DNA of 24,000 nucleotides from an uncultured Actinomycetota bacterium. Lineage in GTDB: Bacteria > Actinomycetota > Actinomycetes > Actinomycetales > Dermatophilaceae. Below, piece after piece: positions 20,126 to 24,000 of this stretch. The stretch is from contig CAWKJV010000018.1 in NCBI GenBank assembly GCA_963849965.1, positions 146,410 through 170,409 of the forward strand. Direction: 5' to 3'. How positions within the stretch are numbered: the first letter of the stretch is position 1; each line of letters opens with the position of its first letter. Position numbers and translations under genes: made by a program. A model generated the notes under the pieces. That model had not been told where the DNA came from. It did no database searches and saw only the letters and a program-made list of their open reading frames with translations.

Positions 20126-23100
20126 TCACCCGGCGAGGTGGGCCCATCTCCGGGAGAGCTCGCACCAGCGAGCGGTCTCGACGACCCGGCCCCGCTCGAG
20201 GACGACGACGCGGTCGGCCTGTGCCAGCGCGGCCGCCTTGCTCGTTGCGCCGATGACGGTCGCCCCACCGGAGCGCAGTGCAGCCCAGAGCTCGATCTCG
20301 GTGGCGGCATCGAGCGCCGAGGACACGTCGTCGGCCAGCAGCAGGTCGGCCTCGCAGGCGAGCGCCCGGGCCAGGGCCAGACGCTGCACCTGCCCTCCGG
20401 AGAGCCGGACGCCACGGTGGCCGACGAGCGCTTCGGGGCCGCCGGCCTCGGCGACGTCCCGCTCCATGCGAGCCGTCGCGAGGGCCGGCTCGACCTGCCG
20501 GTCGGCGTGGTCGAGGGCGATGTTGCCGGTGAAGGTCCCCGACAGCACCCGCGGCACCTGCGCGATGTGGGAGACCCGGCCGGGCCGCAGCTCGATCTCC
20601 GGCTCGGCCAGGGCGCGTCCGTTCCAGAGCACCTGCCCGGTGTGGGAGGTCAGCCCGGCCAGCGACGAGAGCAGGCTGGACTTGCCCGAGCCGACCTGGC
20701 CCAGCAGGAGCACCAGCTCGCCCGCCTGGACCGTGAGGTCGACGTCCTGCACGCCGATGGTGCCGTCGTCGTGGACCGCGGTCAGGCCTCGCAGGCTCAG
20801 GGTGCGCAGGGGCTCACGTGGCCCGGGCTGCGGCTCGTCCGCAGTGCCGTGCACGAGGTCCATGCCCGGCGGCAGGTCCATGAGGTCGCCACCACCGGCG
20901 AGCTCGCTCGTGGCGTTCATCCAGGCCCGCACGCCGGGCGCCTCGGTCACGACCGAGCCGGCGACCCGGCCGAACCAGTCGAAGCCGCTGACGGCGTTGG
21001 CGACGAGCAGGGTGATGGCGAGGGGCCACGTGCCATGGAGGAAGCCCGCCCAGGCGGCGACGACACCGCACTGGACCATGACGACCGGCACGCCGTCGAG
21101 CAGGGCCTGGACCCGGTGCTCACGGACCGCCGCGTCGACCCGGCCTCCGTCGACCTGACGCAGGTGCTGGTGCACCTGCGGGGTGGCCGCGGCCAGCTTG
21201 ACCGTGCGGATCGACTCGAGCGCCGAGACCAGCGATCGCCCGAAGTTGGCCCGGGCCGTCGAGGCGGCCGCGGCCGAGCGCCCGGCCACCGGCCGGCCGA
21301 GGGTCGAGGCCAGCGCCGAGGTGACCATCACCACGAGCAGGACCGCGCCCGCGAGCCACGTGCCGGCGATCAGCGCCGTCACCGAGGCGACGACGAGACC
21401 GTTGACGAAGTCGACCCAGCGGTCGGTGTAGCGGGCCAGGCGGTCGGCGTCCATCGTGCGGGCGACCACCTCGCCGGGCGGGGTGCGCACGAGCCGGCGC
21501 TGCGCGGTCTGGCCCGCGAGCACCGCCGCGCGCACCCGGAGCCGCACCTCGACCCACCAGTGCGGATAGGAACGGAAGGCCTGCGACAGCAGGAGCGGGC
21601 CGACGACGAGCGAGACGACCAGGGCGGCGGTCAGCCAGCCCGGGTTCTGCCCGGCCTGCAGGTCGGTGACGACGAGCCCCCAGATCCAGCCGGTGAGGGC
21701 GCCGAACGCGCCGGTCAGCGAGGCGACGAGGAAGAGGGAGGCTCCGAGCAGGCCCCACTGCGGCTGGATGCGCACGGTGTGGAGCACCTGCCGGGCCAGG
21801 CTCGGGTCGGAGCCAGCGCCGGAGGCGGCGGCGGGGTGGTGCTGCGACGCACCGAGCCGATGGCGGCGTCGTCGTGGTGGTGCTCCTCGACGGCCACCTC
21901 GTGGGCGGCGGCCTCGAGCAGGCGGCGGAACGGGCCGTCGCCATGCAGCCAGCCGGCCGCGCGGACCCTGCTGGACGACGCGACCCGACTCGAGGACGGC
22001 CACCTGCTCGGCCCGCTCGGTCGTCGAGAGGCGATGGGCGACGAGGATGCCCGTGCGCCCCGAGATCAGCCGGTCCGCGGCGCGGACGACCCGAGCCTCG
22101 GTGACCGGGTCCATGCGGGCCGTGGCCTCGTCGAGCACGACGACGCGGACGTCGCGCACGAGCAGCCGGGCGAACGCCACGAGCTGCTCCTCGCCGGCCG
22201 AGAGGGTCGTGCCGCCCGGGCCGAGCATCGTGTCCAGGCCGTCGGGCAGCCCGGCCACCCACTCGGTGAGACCGAGCTCGGCGACCGCGGCCTCGACGCC
22301 GGGCCGGGGCACGTCACCGAAGAGCGTCATGTTCTCGGCGAGGGTGCCGGCGATCACCTCGGTGCGCTGGGTGACGACGCCGACGGCGGCCCGCAGCTGC
22401 TGCAGGTCGAGGTCGCGCACGTCGGCGCCTCCCAGCAGCACCGTGCCGCGGGGCGGCTCCACCGCCCGCGACAGCAGCGAGGCGAGCGTGGACTTGCCGG
22501 ACCCGGTGCGCCCGACGAGCGCGCAGGTGTGTCCCGCCGGGACGAGGAGGTTGACGTCCCGGAGCGCGAACGTGCCCGTGCCGTAGCCGAACTCGAGGTT
22601 GCGGAACTCCACGTCGAGCGGCCCGTCGGGCAGCGGCAGACCGCCGGTCGGCTCCGCCGGAGAGGCGAGCATGGCCCGCAGCCGCAGGACCGCGCCGAAG
22701 CCCTCCTGCAGGTCGGGCAGGTGACGCGCCAGCATGTCGACGCCGCCGACGAACATCGTCGTGACGAGGAAGAGGGTGACGAGCCGGGCGGTCGACAGGT
22801 CGCCGGCGAGCACGAGGGCGGTGCCCGACGACCGCGACGGCGGCCAGCGCGCCGTGGAGCAGCCCGCCGCTGCGCCGGGTGATCCGGGCCTCGACCTGGA
22901 GGACCTTGTCGAGTGCCGCATGGACCCGGGCGGCCATGCGGGCGTTGCGACGCAGCACGTGCGCCTGGCCCAGTGCGGTGCGCAGGTCGTCGCGGGCGGC
23001 GACACCCTCCTCGGTGGATGCCGCGTGGTCGGTCCAGGCGGCCTCCTCGACGACCTTGCGCTCGGCGACCTGGGGCAGCAGCCGGCGGACGACCCAGTAC

Positions 23101-23591
23101 GTCGCGAAGCCCGTGAGCGGGAAGAGGACGGCGGCGGGCCACCAGGCGAGGGTCGCGACCACCCAGAGCGGACCCGAGGCGAGGAGGGTGCGCACGGCCT
23201 GCCACACGCCCCAGCGCATCAGCTGGCCGACCTCCCAGGTGTCGTCGTCGATGCGGTCGAGCACCTCGCCGACGGCCTGCTCGGACAGCTCGGACAGCGG
23301 CTGGGCCATCGCGGCGTCGAGCAGGTCGGCGCGCAGCGTGCCCTCGGCGCGGTCGCACACCGTGGCCCAGATCGTCTTGGCGACCGTGTCGATGACGGCG
23401 CCACCGACGACGCACGGCGCCAGCAGCACGACGAGCGTCGAGGTGGCGTGCTCGGCGAGCCGACCGGCGACCATCGACCCGAGGGATGCCGCGACGGCAC
23501 CGAACAGGGACATCGTGAAGCACACGACCGTGAGCGGGACGACGGACGCGGCGCCAGTCGACGGGGACCCGGTCCTCCGGCATACCCCCAT
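20126..23591 (-). pseudogene. ABC exporter with TMD-NBD-TMD-NBD order (single fused gene, or two tandem half-transporters with no recognisable boundary), disrupted by 3-4 frame changes
   Basis: Unit 1 is ...VVPLTVVCFTMSLFGAVAASLGSMVAGRLAE...(TMD)...GRTGSGKSTLA (Walker A), LSAGEEQLVAFARLL (signature), VVVLDEATARMD (Walker B). Unit 2 is ...LHTVRIQPQWGLLGASLFLVASL...(TMD)...GQVGSGKSSLL, LSGGQVQRLALARAL, LLLADDVSSALD, ending ...WAHLAG*. Junctions lie near 22824, 21950 and 21830. The start is uncertain (ATG 23591; GTG 23655 in another frame). Length 3466 nt = 3n+1. Confidence 0.7.
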
Positions 23592-23736
23592 CCCGAGGGG
23601 ACCCGTCCGGCGTCGTGCCCCTTGCGTCGTCGTACCCCACCCTGGTGATCGTCACAATCCCTGAACGCTACCGATGACCACGGACAGTGCGCCTCCCGTT
23701 TTCCGCCGCGGCACATCCCGGCGTGGAACGCGCCGC

Positions 23737-24000
23737 TCAGCGGCCGGCGGCGACTCGCTTGCGCCGCGCGCTTCATGACCGCGGTGTAGGCGGGGCGCGC
23801 GAAACGCTTGGCGCGCCAAGCGATGTGGCCGTCGCGGTCGGTGAGGATGACGTCGCGGCGGGCGTCGATGCCGCGCACGACGATGTCGGCGACCTGCTCG
23901 GCCGAGCGCTTGCGAGCCGCTGACCATCTTCTTGCCGGCCGCCTCCATCTCGGTGTCGGCGCCCTGGAACGAGGACCCGAGGTTGGTCCGGAAGAACGAC
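23737..24000 (-). pseudogene. C-terminal part of a short-chain dehydrogenase/reductase (SDR); the 5' end lies beyond the window and at least two frame changes are needed
   Basis: The minus-strand translation from the window edge reads SFFRTNLGSSFQGADTEMEAAGKKMVS, then shifts near 23908 to KRSAEQVADIVVRGIDARRDVILTDRDGHIAWRAKRFARPAYTAVMKRAAQ. This resembles the C-terminal extension of classical SDRs. The inferred stop TGA at 23739..23737 needs one more +1 correction; otherwise the frame stays open to 23219. Confidence 0.45.

Noticed and set aside
19631-22882. 1083-aa plus-strand ORF, with the overlapping 516-aa ORF 19608..21158
   Set aside because: Both lie antisense to the ANTAR gene and the ABC exporter, whose minus-strand frames carry unmistakable Walker, signature and TMD motifs. 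Their composition is Arg/Gly/Asp/His-rich, typical of antisense frames.
23592-23736. Possible operator GTGA-CGA-TCAC (about 23644-23654) upstream of the ABC exporter
   Set aside because: It has only 4-bp arms and no adjacent regulator gene in the window. The exporter's true start is itself uncertain, so the evidence is too weak to call.

Overview
The window is very GC-rich, with strong G/C preference at codon position 3, and reads like an actinobacterial chromosomal segment. All calls come from hand translation and motif recognition only; no database or HMM search was possible.

Gene content, left to right:
- **Galactoside/galactose locus (1-11033).** On the minus strand: GH36 alpha-galactosidase, two CUT1-type ABC sugar permeases and a lipoprotein sugar-binding protein. 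Diverging on the plus strand: GH42 beta-galactosidase, a DeoR regulator, galT, galK and a GPH-type glycoside symporter.
- **11037-14413.** A PLP-dependent decarboxylase (sphingosine-1-phosphate-lyase-like), a Thr/Pro-rich lipoprotein, sodA and a UPF0303 protein.
- **14458-19984.** A ~1140-aa SWIM + SNF2 helicase, a hotdog thioesterase coupled to a small YbjN-like ORF, and a GAF-ANTAR regulator.
- **20126-24000.** A ~1155-codon ABC exporter with TMD-NBD-TMD-NBD order, then the 3' end of an SDR gene.

I saw no rRNA, tRNA, CRISPR array, transposase, integrase or phage gene. I also found no convincing novel multi-gene system such as a defence island or biosynthetic cluster.

The most striking property concerns the sequence itself. 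About 16 of 21 genes cannot be read in one frame. They need single-base frame corrections, mostly +1 insertions, and two also carry in-frame stop codons. Each frame segment still encodes clean, recognisable family motifs. Disruptions are very unevenly spread: dense in 9260-12500 and absent from about 12900-14460, which contains sodA and the UPF0303 gene. I think insertion-biased consensus error is more likely than biological pseudogenisation, but this cannot be settled from the sequence alone.

Many long ORFs in the supplied track are antisense or out-of-frame artefacts of high GC, or chimeras created by the frameshifts.
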